Below, piece by piece: positions 52,285 through 64,000 of a stretch of 64,000 nt of DNA (the first letter of the stretch is position 1; each line of letters begins with the position of its first letter). Source of the DNA: Camelus ferus (taxonomy: Eukaryota); NCBI RefSeq assembly GCF_009834535.1, contig NC_045697.1, positions 32,056,001 through 32,120,000 on the forward strand. Reading direction: 5' to 3'. Made by a program: the position numbers and the translations under genes. The notes below the pieces were generated by a model. The model was not told the origin of the DNA. It did not search any database and saw only the letters and a program-made list of their open reading frames with translations.

Positions 52285-55265
52285 TGCTTCTGGTCAAGAT
52301 AAAGTAACAGGGAAAGAATTTAGCCTCCTGTCTGAAACACACCTCAAGTCTTTAGAAATAGGACAATGAAGAAGAGTGATCTCTGAGCAATATTGATATT
52401 ATTACAAAATGCAATGAACTTTGAAATTGCCCAAGCTTGCCACATAGAGAAAGTTTACAGGCTCCAATGTAAGAAGGAGGAAGCCACGCAGAGCCTAGCT
52501 GTCTTCCTGAACTGAGGAGACAGAGCTGGGAGTCTAGGTAGACCAAAGTGGGCAGGAGATTGCAGGAACGCATACCAGAGAGCAAAGAGCTGGTAGAGAA
52601 AGGACTCTTGAGATATACAGACAGTCTGCTTCAACTCTTCATGTGAATTCTGATCCCCACAACCATGTGAGAAAATTATCCAAGGCTGGAAGAAAGAAAC
52701 ACCTAAAAGCATTAGAGGAAATAATCACTGAAACACACTTAGTGCCTGTTTCTATCAACCAGAGTGGAAAATGATATAATTCACAGCGGAACAGAGAGCA
52801 TATTCAGAAGTCTATTGCTAACAATGCTGTGGTCCAGCAAGAAAAGTTTAAAAGCAAGATGCAGAAGGGTCAAACAGTTTGCCAATAACCTAATTATATC
52901 TCAGAACAAACTCAAAAATATTTCTAGGAAAACAAATCTATCCAGCATCCAACAGGCAAAATTTGCAGTGTCCGGCATCCAATCAAAATGACCAGTCATG
53001 CAAAGAAGGAAAACAAGGCCATAAAGGAGAAAATTTATAAAACAACCCAGAAATTACACAAAATATAATTAGTAGATAAGGATATTAAAATTCATATAAC
53101 TGCATTCCATATGTTCAAGAAGCAAGAATAAAGACTGAACACTTTTAAAAGAGACATCAAAGATATGAAAAAGACAAATTGAACTTCTAGAGATGAAAAC
53201 TACAATATTTGAATTTAACTTGATGGGATGAATGGAAGATTAGAAACTGCAGAAGAGACACTAGTGCCCTTGAAGATAGTAGCAGAAACCATTAACAATG
53301 AAACTAAGAGTAAAAGACATTTAAAAAAGAACAAGGAATCAGTGAACTATGGGATAACATCAAACAGCCTAATATACAAATAATTCTAATTGTCAAATGG
53401 GGAGAGAGAAGAAACTTTTTGAAGAAATAATGACCTGACATCTTCCAAATTTGATAAAAATTATAAAACTCACAGATCCAAGAAGCTCAAGGAACCCCAA
53501 GCCAGAGAAAACTATGCCAAGGCATGTGATAATAAAGTTGCTTAAAAATAACAATAAAGAGAAAAATCTTGAAAACAGCCAGAGGAAAATGACACACAGA
53601 AATAAAATAAGGACAATAGACTTCTTGATGGAAATAATGAAGCTAAAAAGCCATGGGGTACAGAAAATATCTTTCAAAAACAAACATAAAATGAAAATAT
53701 TTTCAGACATACAAAACTGGAAGAATTCTTCAGCAGCAGACCTGTACTAAAGAAATGTTAAAAGAAAAGGAAAATATATCAGATAAAAACCTATGTCTAC
53801 CTAAAGAGTAAGGCACATAGGAAATATGATTATGTGGGTAGAAACTTTTTTTTCTATTTCTATTATCTTTTTTATTTCAACTTTTTAATGATTATATTAT
53901 GACAATTTACCTTGGGCCTTATGATATACATAGAATAAAATTCATGACAATAGTAACAAAGGTCAGGTGGAGAAAAATGAAAGAATACATTTACTATATA
54001 TGAGTTGTATAGTATCATATGAATATTGGTTGTCATATATTGAAGGTATATACTGTAAATTCAAAGGCACCAGTAAACAAAGTTTAATTTAATAAAACAA
54101 GTTATATTAACAAGCCAAGAAGATACATTAAATAAAATAAAGTGGAATGATACCGAAGAAGGCAGAAAAAGAAACGAAAGGAAAGAACAATAGGCAAACA
54201 GAAAAAAGACAAAGACAAAGAAAAATGGTAGATTTAAAGCTTACCATATCAATAATCACAATAAATGCACAGTTGATCCTCATTATTTGTAGATTCTGTA
54301 GTTGCAAATTTGCCTACTCACTAACATCAATTTGTAACCCCCCAAATCAATATTTGCTGTACTTTCTTGGCCATCCACAGACTTGTGTGAAAAAGTGAAA
54401 TACTTGAAGTGACCAACATGCAAGTTCTCAGATGAAGTTAAACAAGGCAGGCACTCTGCCTTCTTGTTTCAACTGTCATACTGTAAACAAATGTCCTTTT
54501 CATGGTCTATTTAGTGCCACATTTTTGCATTTTTGTGCTTTTCTGTTGGTGAGTTCACTATTTTAAATGGCCCCCAAGCTTAGTGCTCAGACTCTGCGTA
54601 GTGTCTCTAAGCACAAGAAGGCTATGCCTTACAATGACAAGGAGTGTGTTAGATAAGCTTCGTTCAGGCATGAGCAATATTACTGTTGGCCATTAGTTCA
54701 ATGTGAATGAATATGGTGTCCTTAAAAAGAAACACGTATAAAACAAGGTTATATATTGATCATCTGACAAATCGATTACAACCAGAGGCTCAAGGAGCCT
54801 ACTTGTACTTCCCCAAGGAACATGCTCAGGTATTCACTAATCCAGTGACCATGGTGACTTCATATAACAGAACTACTGTGTATATCAAGCATCAACTGTA
54901 AAAGGTCTTAATAACCCAAATAAATGACAGATTCCCAGATTGGATAAAAAAGCATGACCCAACAAACCTGCCTACAAGAAACTTATTTTAAATGTAATGA
55001 CACAACAAGGTTAAAAAAAAAGAGATGGGAAAAGTTATACCATGTTGACACTGATCAAAAAGAAAGCCGATTTATATTAGCTAATTTATATAAAGATTTT
55101 AGAGCAAGAATATTACAAAGGATAAAGAGATTAATTTCATAATGATAGTAAATGGATCAATTCTTCAAGAAGATGTAACCTTTATGCACTTACCATCCGA
55201 GATTCTAAATGTATGAAGCAAAAACTGATACAACTGCCGAGAAACACACAAATCCACAATTATAG
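52285..55265 (+). mobile_element. Old L1 (L1M4/L1MC-like): 5'UTR, ORF1 and ORF2 endonuclease start, split by MER82
   Basis: ORF1 motif PRHVIIKLLK (53451-53750); EN motif CLQETYFK (54954-55142); cagatccaagaagctcaagg. Confidence 0.85.
54270..54898 (+). mobile_element. MER82-like Tigger MITE nested in L1
   Basis: cagttgatcctcattattt ... catcaactg|ta; reverse-complement similar to 22125-22777. Confidence 0.85.
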
Positions 55266-56330
55266 GTCAAATCCCTATAATATATCCCTTCAAAGAGGAT
55301 ATGATACTTTTGCAGGGAATCACTCTGTAAAAATGGAAGGATTTCCCCTGCTCTTTGACAAGCCATGTCTTATCTTTCCTCTTTAAAATTTTGCATGGAG
55401 TCATCTTTCCCATAATCAAATGCAATAAATTTTTCTACTTTAGCAACAGAAATTGGTTAAAACTTATAAAATTGAAGGTGAATGTGGAATTAATTTTTTG
55501 AATTTGAAATTTTAAAAATAACTGAGGGAATATTAAAAGATTGCTTCTAAGATAAATAAAAAGAAGCATCATGACATGCTGAGCAATCTACAGACTACGT
55601 AGTTCCTGTAGGTAAGATCTTACTATAGGAAAGGTCAAGAGTTTGGAGATATTCTTTACATTTTTCCTTATATTTTAGTCTCCTTAGGCTAAGTTTACAG
55701 GTTTGAATTTAAAAATTTTTGTTTTGCTTTTTTCATACATTGTTAATGGGGGTAGTGGAAGGAGGAAGGGCCCTTCCCTTCTCCTCACTCATAGTGTGAA
55801 TATTCAGTACCTTCTCTAGGTTGATTTAATTTTTTTCCTATGGCTGTCAAATTAGAGGAAATGAACCATCATGATTCTGTAACATCAGCGCTTTTATTAA
55901 CAACCAGAACACTAATGGTATGTTAGTTTATTTTACAGTAAACATAGTAGATGAACACCCACTCTCAAGTAAGTCTTCACAACAATTTTATAATGTAAAT
56001 ATGTACAAAAAAGCAAATATTCTGCAAATGAAGCAACCAAGACTGAAGTTAAATAATTTGCACAGGTCAGGTCTAGAGCCTAGACCAACATGAGTCTTCA
56101 GATTATATTTCCAGAACACTTTCCCAGGTTTTTTGTTTTGTTCTTAATTCCTTTCTTAATAATCCCTGACATTGTGTTGACATTTTAGCTCTGAAAGCAC
56201 ATAGGACCACGTTCTTTAGGGTACCACCTACCTAACTTCTCAAGCTGCCTCCTTGGTCTATGACAGTAACTCAGATTCCACTTTCCTATAAACTTTGTTT
56301 AGGACCATTCATATGCCCCTTTAATCAACC

Positions 56331-56390
56331 AGTATAGATCTTCCTGCAATGTAGGAAGTATAGATCCTACATTGCAGGAAGATCTATACT
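56331..56390. repeat. Perfect 26-bp inverted repeat with 8-nt spacer
   Basis: agtatagatcttcctgcaatgtagga - agtataga - tcctacattgcaggaagatctatact. Confidence 0.95.
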
Positions 56391-56534
56391 TCCCTCAGTT
56401 TGGTGCTTTACAAACCAAAAGAACCTAAAGTCACCCCCTCCAATATTAGAAGACTCACTGTCACTTCCCTACTATCCAATATTTTAGAGTCAATATTCTG
56501 TCTTACTTATCTTCATTTTGTTTCATTTATTTTA

Positions 56535-56700
56535 CAAATGTCAATATAATGCTTACTATGTACCAAGTCATGTTCTAAAGCCTTCACAAATATTAATTTG
56601 CCTCAGTCCTTATAAGCCAAGTACCTTTAATACCCTCATTTGAGAGGAAGGGGATGGAGAATCACTTCCTAAGGTCACCAGGCTAGTAAGTGGCAGAGCT
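56535..56700 (-). mobile_element. MIR SINE
   Basis: gcttactatgtaccaag..cttcctaaggtcaccaggctagtaagtggcagagc. Confidence 0.75.
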
Positions 56701-57409
56701 TTGCACAGTGACAGCTTATAAACAACAAAATCATAACACCACCATAAGTCCAACTGGTGAAATCCTACAGTTTAGACTGAAGTTTGAGCAGTCTCAGATG
56801 AAGAACTCTACATTAACAGTTCATTAGCTCTTACACTGAAATCAAGAAATGTTTGTGAATAACACAGGGTGTGAAAGTCTACATGGTAGATTAGAGAGCA
56901 GTGTAGAAATAGTTCAGTGAAAGAGGAAGGACTAGGTTCATAACATTACCTGAGGTCCTCCTGGCTAGGCTGTACATATATATACGTATGCATACCCACA
57001 TGGACACATATGGACACACACATACATGTGTGGATGCATAGATACACACATATATATATATAATCAGTTAACTAAAAATAAAAATGGAAATTTTATTGCC
57101 ATCACATAGCTAAACATGGAGCATTTCCTTGAGAGAATTAATTTCTTTGCAATTAATCCTTTTGTAACCTTAATGCCCAGAGTCAAAATAACTTCTTCAG
57201 TTACTGTTAGGGAAAATTTTCATTGATAGGGTAGATCTAAATCATTCTGAAAGGGAAGATAATTAGCCTTCTGTTCTGGCCTAAAACACATATTACATTC
57301 AAACAATACCACCAAAAATGACTAAATTTATTTTGCATCAAAAAATTAACCTTATTCTTTCAAATCAACAATTGGTGTGAAACTATTTCAGAGTATTTTT
57401 TTTAAGAAC

Positions 57410-57650
57410 AATAATAATATTTAACAATGTGAGAACTTAATTTGTGCCAGGCCCTCTTCTAAGAGCTTTACATGATCACCTTACTTAATCCCCATAACAA
57501 CCCTATGAAGTAGACACCACTATGATTCCTATTTCACACTTAAAGGAACTAAAACAGAGAGAATCTACGTAATTGGCTCAAGGTCATATAGCTAGTAAAT
57601 GCAGGAGATTTAAACTCCAAAACTCTGACTTCAGAACTTCTAACTACAAT
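57410..57650 (-). mobile_element. MIR SINE
   Basis: tgtgccaggccctcttctaagagctttacatg..ttaatccccataacaaccctatgaagtag..caaggtcatatagctagtaaat. Confidence 0.85.
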
Positions 57651-58179
57651 GATAAAAACGTTTGTCAGAATAGTATTGAAGTTGAAGGCTTTAGCATCCA
57701 AAATCCTTGTCCATATTTCTATTTTAATTTTTCAGAAGTCCTATAAAGTTAGTGAATATCATCTCCAGTTAGGAAACTAGAAGTGAGATGTTTCCCAAAT
57801 ACTTCAAGGAAAGAAAACTATCACATAAAACTCCACTAATAAATGTAAGACATTGTCACCTGAGATCAAATGCCTGGAGAAGTCATTTTAAAAGACTGTT
57901 GACTTGTGGCTTGTGATCACTGCCCAGGCAAAAGAGAAGGTCTTCTGCCAGGTTCTCAGAACCTAACAATAGACTAAATTTTTGGCCAACAATTCCACAT
58001 TATCAATTTTATGTGTTTTAAAAACTCTTAATGGAGGTACTAAGATTCTGACGATGTATTTATGTCCAGTTTGCGATTAGTTCTGAAATATCCACTTCGC
58101 TTACCATAAATTTGATACTTTAAGTCTCTCTTCTGGCACCTATTTGTTATATTAGATCTGTGAAAACAGCAAATAGAGT

Positions 58180-58420
58180 CGAAAATTTTTATATAGCCTT
58201 ATTATGTACCAGACAGTCCTAAGCACATCACATATTTTAACTCATTTAATCCGCACAATTTTATTAAATAAACAGTTATTATCACCATTTCAGAAGTAAA
58301 GAAGCTGTGGCCCTGAGAAGTTAAGGGTCTTCAAGGTCACTTACACTAGTGCAAATGTTAAAGACTGGATCCAAACCAGATAATCTGACCAGAGACTGTA
58401 TTCCTAACCTCTGTGTTGTA
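58180..58420 (-). mobile_element. MIR SINE
   Basis: tatgtaccagacagtcctaagcac..ttaactcatttaatccgcacaa..tcaaggtcac. Confidence 0.75.
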
Positions 58421-58884
58421 TTATCATGAGACGATCCAACTATTCTAAAACACGATTAGAGCCCCAGCCTTATGTTCTCTCTTAGGCAACTCATCCCCAG
58501 ATACTAATGCATTCACTAAGCATTTACTGAGTACCAGTTTTCCTGACCCTGCCTGAGAACACAATGATAAATAAGGCAGAGGAACTTTTAAGGAGAAGAG
58601 GAAAGCATATAAATGATTAATTATAATAGGAGGGCTAAATGCTAGCACAGAGTAGATAGAAAGCACTGCAGGAGCTTAAATGTGACTATACTTGGTCCAC
58701 AAGCCATCACTGAGGGGAGGGGTGAAGGGAGGAGGGATTTTTCTGGGGGAAAAAATGGAGTAATCCCCCTCCCCACCAAAAGAGCTAAGAGTGAATTTCA
58801 AAAAACAGAAACTATTACCTTTAGATTTACCTTAAGGGGAAAAAAATGGTGACTTAATAATGCTTCAAGAATATGAATCATTTT

Positions 58885-59340
58885 ATTAGGCAGGATCCTT
58901 GCAGGACACATAAAAGTGATAACTGAGACAGTTTAATGAGGGACTATTTGCAGAACTGGGGGTAGGGTTAAAGGCGCTAGAGAAGGAGAAGCATTAGACA
59001 CTCCAATAAGCCAGAAGCCCTTGCCGTCTCTAATCTGGAGCAGCAGAGATGTTGCCGTCACTGCCGGTGACAGGAGCTGTAATGGTGGGAAAGAGTCTGA
59101 CAAACAGGAGCTGTGGCTCTGGGTGGAGGAACACAGCCACGGCCAAACCACAGCCAGACGAATGGGTGGGGAAAATACATCCTCCAGCCTCATTCTTTCC
59201 CATCCACCAATCCCCTGCTGGTGTCTCCACCGGCTGAACAGAGAGCAAGGGCGTTTATTTGATACATTTGAAGTCAGAACCCAGAGCAGGGTGAGAGCAC
59301 CCGGTGCTGACCTGGAAATACAAATGGAGAATAACTGACA
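58885..59340. mobile_element. Ancient ERVL-class solo LTR (LTR67B-like)
   Basis: gcaggacacataaaagtgataactgagacagtttaatgagggactatttgcag..caaatggagaataactgaca; architecture resembles 7830-8340. Confidence 0.55.
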
Positions 59341-60778
59341 CTCGATCATTTCTCCGAAAATAGTACTTGGTACTCATTTCATCACCTCGGAGGAAAACAG
59401 GAAACAGATAGCAAGGGAGACCTATATTTGGTTAATGAAGACTTTTCTAGAAGAGCTACGTAATGACTAAAATCAGCTACATCAACATGGACTTTGCAGA
59501 GATCTCCTGTGAAGATTTTTAAATACAGAATTTTGGTAACACACTAGGCTCAAGTCTGTCTGATAGTACTTACTACTTTAAAATTTTTTTAATTAAAGAG
59601 ACTTAGTCCATTTACAGAACCTGCATTTCATGAGTCTTCTTTTAGAGAAGACTTTGTTTTTGTCCATCTGACCAGCAAAGGTTATTAATTTTACCTCTAA
59701 ATATTCTCATATCTACTTCCTTTTCCTTTTTCCCACAGCTACTGTTTAGTTCAAGCTTTTATCAATCAAGGCTACTACTGGTCCTGACAGCAGTGAACTC
59801 CAAGTTCTTGAAATAACAGGCTGCTCTCTGCCCAACGTCCTGACTATGTGCCCCAAATATATCATAAACTCAGATAATGGCACTAAGAATTTCACAGAGA
59901 AAGATCCTTTACTGATTATGTTTTCCAATTTGCATGCAATTTGCAGTAATTTTAACTATGCAAAATTAGCATTTAATTACAATTCATTCTTCTTGGCTTC
60001 TTTCAAGGAGCCCTGTTAATTAAGGTGAGAATTTAGATGATTCTGGTTCTGCTGGATAAGCGAAATTGACTCTGATCTTTACGTAAAAATTAGGCATTGT
60101 AAGAATTCCATTAATCAGCATTAATGTTCCCTCTGGTCATATTTAGTTTTTGAGTGTTTGGTACTATTGCCCCTTCCTAAACTTTCTTTTACATTGCTCT
60201 TAACAAAGATCTAATTTTTTTCTAATTTGCTAGATGACAAACCAACCCATGGGTTAACTTCCTACAAACAATGAAAGTAGAAATGAGGGAAGCTGCCCAT
60301 CAGTAAGAGACCTAAACAGATTGATGGGAAAGAAGAGCAGTACTGGAGCTACTATTATCAGATTACTCATAAAGCTTGACGGGGTAACGTAAGGAAGAGT
60401 CTCCAGCAGGGAAGGTACTCTGTCTTCCATGGAAAACTTCAGACACCACAGTTTCAATGGAGGCTTGGAGTGAGTTATACTTTATTAGAAACAGGCTTGA
60501 TCTGAAAGTCTTTTTATGCAACAGTAGACCCCCTCCACCCCCTTGCCTATCCCAAAGCTCCCCCAAAACTTGGCAGGCAGGTGCTTTCACTCCAGGCAAT
60601 AAAATTATGTTCTTCTCTAAAAACATTGAACAAATCAGGTTGACATAACATTGTCAGTTGGTGGGAGCACTGTGGAGTGCTCCTGAGCCTGGTGGAACAG
60701 GGCAAAGGGGAACTGAGATTTTGCCTTTCTTTGCTTGTCAAACATTGTCACCCACACGTAACGGGCACCCACAAGAAG

Positions 60779-60805
60779 AAGGTGCACAAGGTGCACAAGG
60801 TGCAC
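60779..60805. repeat. 3 x 9-bp perfect tandem repeat (aaggtgcac)
   Basis: direct reading. Confidence 0.9.
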
Positions 60806-61156
60806 AGTGGATCACTCAGAGTCCTTTTCTATTTTTATGAGTCTAGAGAAGTCTCCTTTTTATTTTATTTATCCAGAGATGGTGCCTTTTTCTTTCCTAC
60901 CTTCTCAGAGAGGATTCCTTTTCTGGTTTCTACAATAATGCAGTATAGGTAAACAAGTTCAAAAATGATGGAATCAGCGAGCAGAGACCTCACATGCTGG
61001 CTTCTAAGGGCCCCCTAATACTTTCTTCTCTGCTCACACAAAAGCAAGGCAGGCCTTCATTTAGCTAAAAGCAATACCCATTTACCCAGACCTTCATATC
61101 CAAGAGAAGTGGGTGATTGGAAGCCATTCTAACTGTATATTGAATGAGCCAATAAA

Positions 61157-61480
61157 TAGGGGTCAGCACTCTGTGTTTTTGAACCAGATCCCACCTGCTA
61201 CTTATTTTTGTACTGCCTGCAAGCTAAAAATTTAATAATTTGTGATGGTTGAATAAAGCCAAAAGAAGATTAATATTCTGTGCCTGTGTAAATTATATGA
61301 AATTCAAATTTCAGTGTCCAAAATAAAGGTTTTTCTTGGAACACAGCCATGCTCATTTATTACTAATGACTGCTTTGGCACAACAATGGCAGAGTAGCTG
61401 TGATAGAGAGCATAGGGCTTAGAAATCCTAAGATATTTACCCTCTGGTCCTTTACAGACAAAATTTTTCAATCCCTATTC
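61157..61480 (+). mobile_element. MER58B-like hAT-Charlie MITE
   Basis: taggggtcagca..aaattatatgaaattcaaatttcagtgtcc..ggaacacagccatgctcattt..ctggtcctttacaga. Confidence 0.85.
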
Positions 61481-63366
61481 TAAAGTATTTGTTCCTTTTC
61501 TTGAGGTTGGAAAGAATGGGTTGGAGGGTGGACATGTGGTTAGACTCCACACTTTCTTTTGCCTCCTTTTTTTTTTTTTCACTTGCTTTCTTTTGGGATT
61601 GTCGATACACAGCATCTTTTATTTCACATTACCTGTTGTCCACCCTTGATAAAAACTAAAAGTGGAACCATGTAAGCAAGACCCAAGTCTACCCTCTTGT
61701 CAGAGAGTACCAATGCAGAGGGGAGATTCTGAAAAAGTCAGGCTGAATTTGGGTTCTGTGTTAGGGAGGGGGTAAGTTGGGCCGAATCTTTCACCCCTAT
61801 CTTTAGGACCTAGAGTTTCAAGGAGTTCTCTATAAACCCTCAGAGGACCCATAAACTCCCCGGAACCCCATAGGACCAACGCTTAAGAACCGGTTGTTGT
61901 CATTTCATAAAAATCTTCTTTTGCCATCTTGAACCAGTATGCAGTAATGCTTTATTCATACCTCTTCTCTGGAAGCAGGTTTAAACCAAACTTCAGCCAC
62001 TACCTGGTTCCCTGTTCCTACAGAATGGCCTTTTAATAGCTCTTTTCCTTAATCCGTGTGCCCACATGCTCTTTTAGAGGGCCAGGGAATCAGCTGTCAG
62101 GTCCTGAAGAGGAGACAGGAGTTAAATCCTCAACAGAGAAGAGAACTAACGGAGAAACCCTCGAAGACAGCATGGGGTTATCCAAAGGACAGCAGGTCCT
62201 CCTTTATTTTCAGCTTCTGACATGTTATTGAGCTGCCCTGAAAGAAACACCACAAATTACTGACATTCTGAGAGTTAGGCAGAATTTTGTGCAGTGTTAT
62301 AATGCTTTCATTTTATGCCTTAGAAATACCTGAAATAATGTGAATTTTCCTTTGGGAATTTACGTGTTCTTTCGGTGTTTTGACATAAGCGCGTGAAGGA
62401 GCCAGAGGCACTACAGCAGTGAGAGTGAAATCCAGAGAAACAGAATGAAGGGTGGACATGGCGTTTGTCTGTGGATTTCTCACTCCAGAAGGCCCCAGCC
62501 CAATGGATCCTAGACTATTTAGAAATGAGGGAACCTCGGAAGGCTTTGGATTTGGAAACAGAAGACCTAAGTGTGCAGAGTCTGACTGGGGACCCGGTTA
62601 TGCTTATGACATAATTCTAAAGCTAAAGGAAAATTTTTATTTGATTATCCAAATTCCTGCCCACTACCCGTCATTGACTACAGTGCTGTTCTGTAAAAGG
62701 GCAGCAGTCTTATTTGTATTCAGACAAAGCACATCCTGAGGAAACATGAGGAAAATCTTCTTAGAATGGTTGACATTTGTCTTTTAGACATTGCTAGGAA
62801 GGCTGCCAGTCTATTTACCTTCAAAAAGACAAAGATAAAACTCTCAAAAGCAAATTGGTCCTTGTAATGCATTGGGATGTATTACCTAAACTCCGGTAAA
62901 GAAGATAATATAAACACTCTGCAATGAATTTGTGAAAAGATAATGTTGTGTCAAGTTGAAATTATTATAATTATAATCATGTACCATTAGGAAGACAGCC
63001 ACTATGTTTCAGTCATGTACTGGCTCTAGAAAATTTTAACATCAGCATAACATTGTGCTATATGGCAATTATGATAATAGTCATCTAATTCATTATTAGA
63101 TGGATTCACAGTTGTAATGAAGTAATTCCATGAATGATTAATAAAGCATATTAACTCTTGTGGCATATCAAATTCTGTACACTTTTCTTCACAAATATTA
63201 TTTTTAGCTTTTAGCAGGAGGGAGATATTTGAGACTTTGTGGAATAAAAATGTGCATTATTTTAGAATACACTGTGAGAGTAGACATTACAAATACAGAA
63301 TTTGATATTCATTATATATAACAACTAAATTATACTGAGAGATGCTTTAAGACATAGATATCTAAA

Positions 63367-63743
63367 TATATTAGTCTGCTAAAGCTGCCATAAAAATATA
63401 TCAGAGACTGGATGGCTTAAACAATAGAAATTTCTTTTCTCACAGCTGGAGGCTAAAAGTCCAAGATCAAGGTGCTAGTAGGGTTGGTTTCCTGTGAGGC
63501 CCTCATCCTTATTGTGTCTCCACATGGCCTTTCCTTTGTGTGCGCATGCAAAGAGAGACAAAGAGATCTCTGGAGTCTCTTCCTCTTCTTGTAAGGTCAC
63601 CAATCCTATCTGATTAGGGCTCCACCCTTATGATCTCATTTAACTTGAATCACCTCCTTAACAACCCTATCTCCAAATACAGTCACACTGAGGCCTAGGG
63701 CTTCAATATGTGAATTTGAGGGAACACAATTCAGTCCATAAAA
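63367..63743 (-). mobile_element. MLT1B-like MaLR solo LTR
   Basis: ttagtctgctaaagctgccataaaa..ggcttaaacaatagaaattt..gattagggctccacccttatgatctcatttaac..cacaattcagtccataa. Confidence 0.85.
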
Positions 63744-64000
63744 TATATAAACAGGAAGCACATGCCCTTTTCCAATCTTTTTTTAAAAATTACCAAAAAA
63801 TATGTATATTACATTTTAAACTTAGATCTCCCCAGTTTACACTCCATTAAAAAACCAGCAAAGAGCTAAAGGAAATATGTTGATTCTCTCTTACCACAGG
63901 TGGCCCTTTTGGGGCACTGTGAAAATAATGATAACCTAAAATGATATCTTTCAGTTGTGATATAATTTACCAATATTTTTCCAGTGGAAAGCAAGTAATG

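Noticed and set aside
53393..55142. ORFs of 62-105 aa
   Set aside because: Decayed L1 ORF1/endonuclease and MER82 sequence.
55764..55777. 14-bp palindrome ggaagggcccttcc
   Set aside because: A palindrome this short is expected by chance in 64 kb, and it is low complexity.
58933..59349. Longest ORF (138 aa) and overlapping ORFs on both strands
   Set aside because: Coextensive with an LTR-like element; four overlapping frames indicate composition, not coding.
60909..60948. Isolated + strand cryptic exon (ttcctaccttctcag|..TAG|gtaaac)
   Set aside because: Only 40 nt, with a mediocre donor and no supporting neighbours; such sites are common by chance.
1..64000. CRISPR array, prokaryotic operon/defence system, or intact endogenous viral ORF
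   Set aside because: Mammalian DNA with no regularly spaced repeats and no ORF above 138 aa. The LTRs are solo, with no gag/pol/env visible.

Overview
AT-rich, CpG-poor mammalian DNA, probably a camelid (alpaca/llama/camel). The taxon is inferred from one Vic-1-type tRNA-derived SINE at 2818 and from seeing no Alu, Bov-A/BovB or PRE-1 elements. Much of the window is eutherian interspersed repeat: MIR, L2, old and younger L1, MaLR/ERVL/ERV1 solo LTRs, and hAT and Tigger MITEs. No intact protein-coding gene, rRNA, true tRNA or CRISPR array is supportable; the listed ORFs are repeat remnants or chance ORFs. The unique DNA holds three main unexplained signals. (1) A co-oriented + strand chain of about 8 splice-site-flanked exon-like blocks (1092-24455) with no fully open frame, suggesting a decayed gene or spliced lncRNA. 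(2) A convergent - strand remnant built from a diverged tandem duplication of a two-exon unit (29306-32202), with one copy hit by MER5A. (3) A perfect 26-bp inverted repeat at 56331-56390 with a template-switch signature. Repeat family names come from visual recognition of consensus motifs, not a database search, and many boundaries are approximate.
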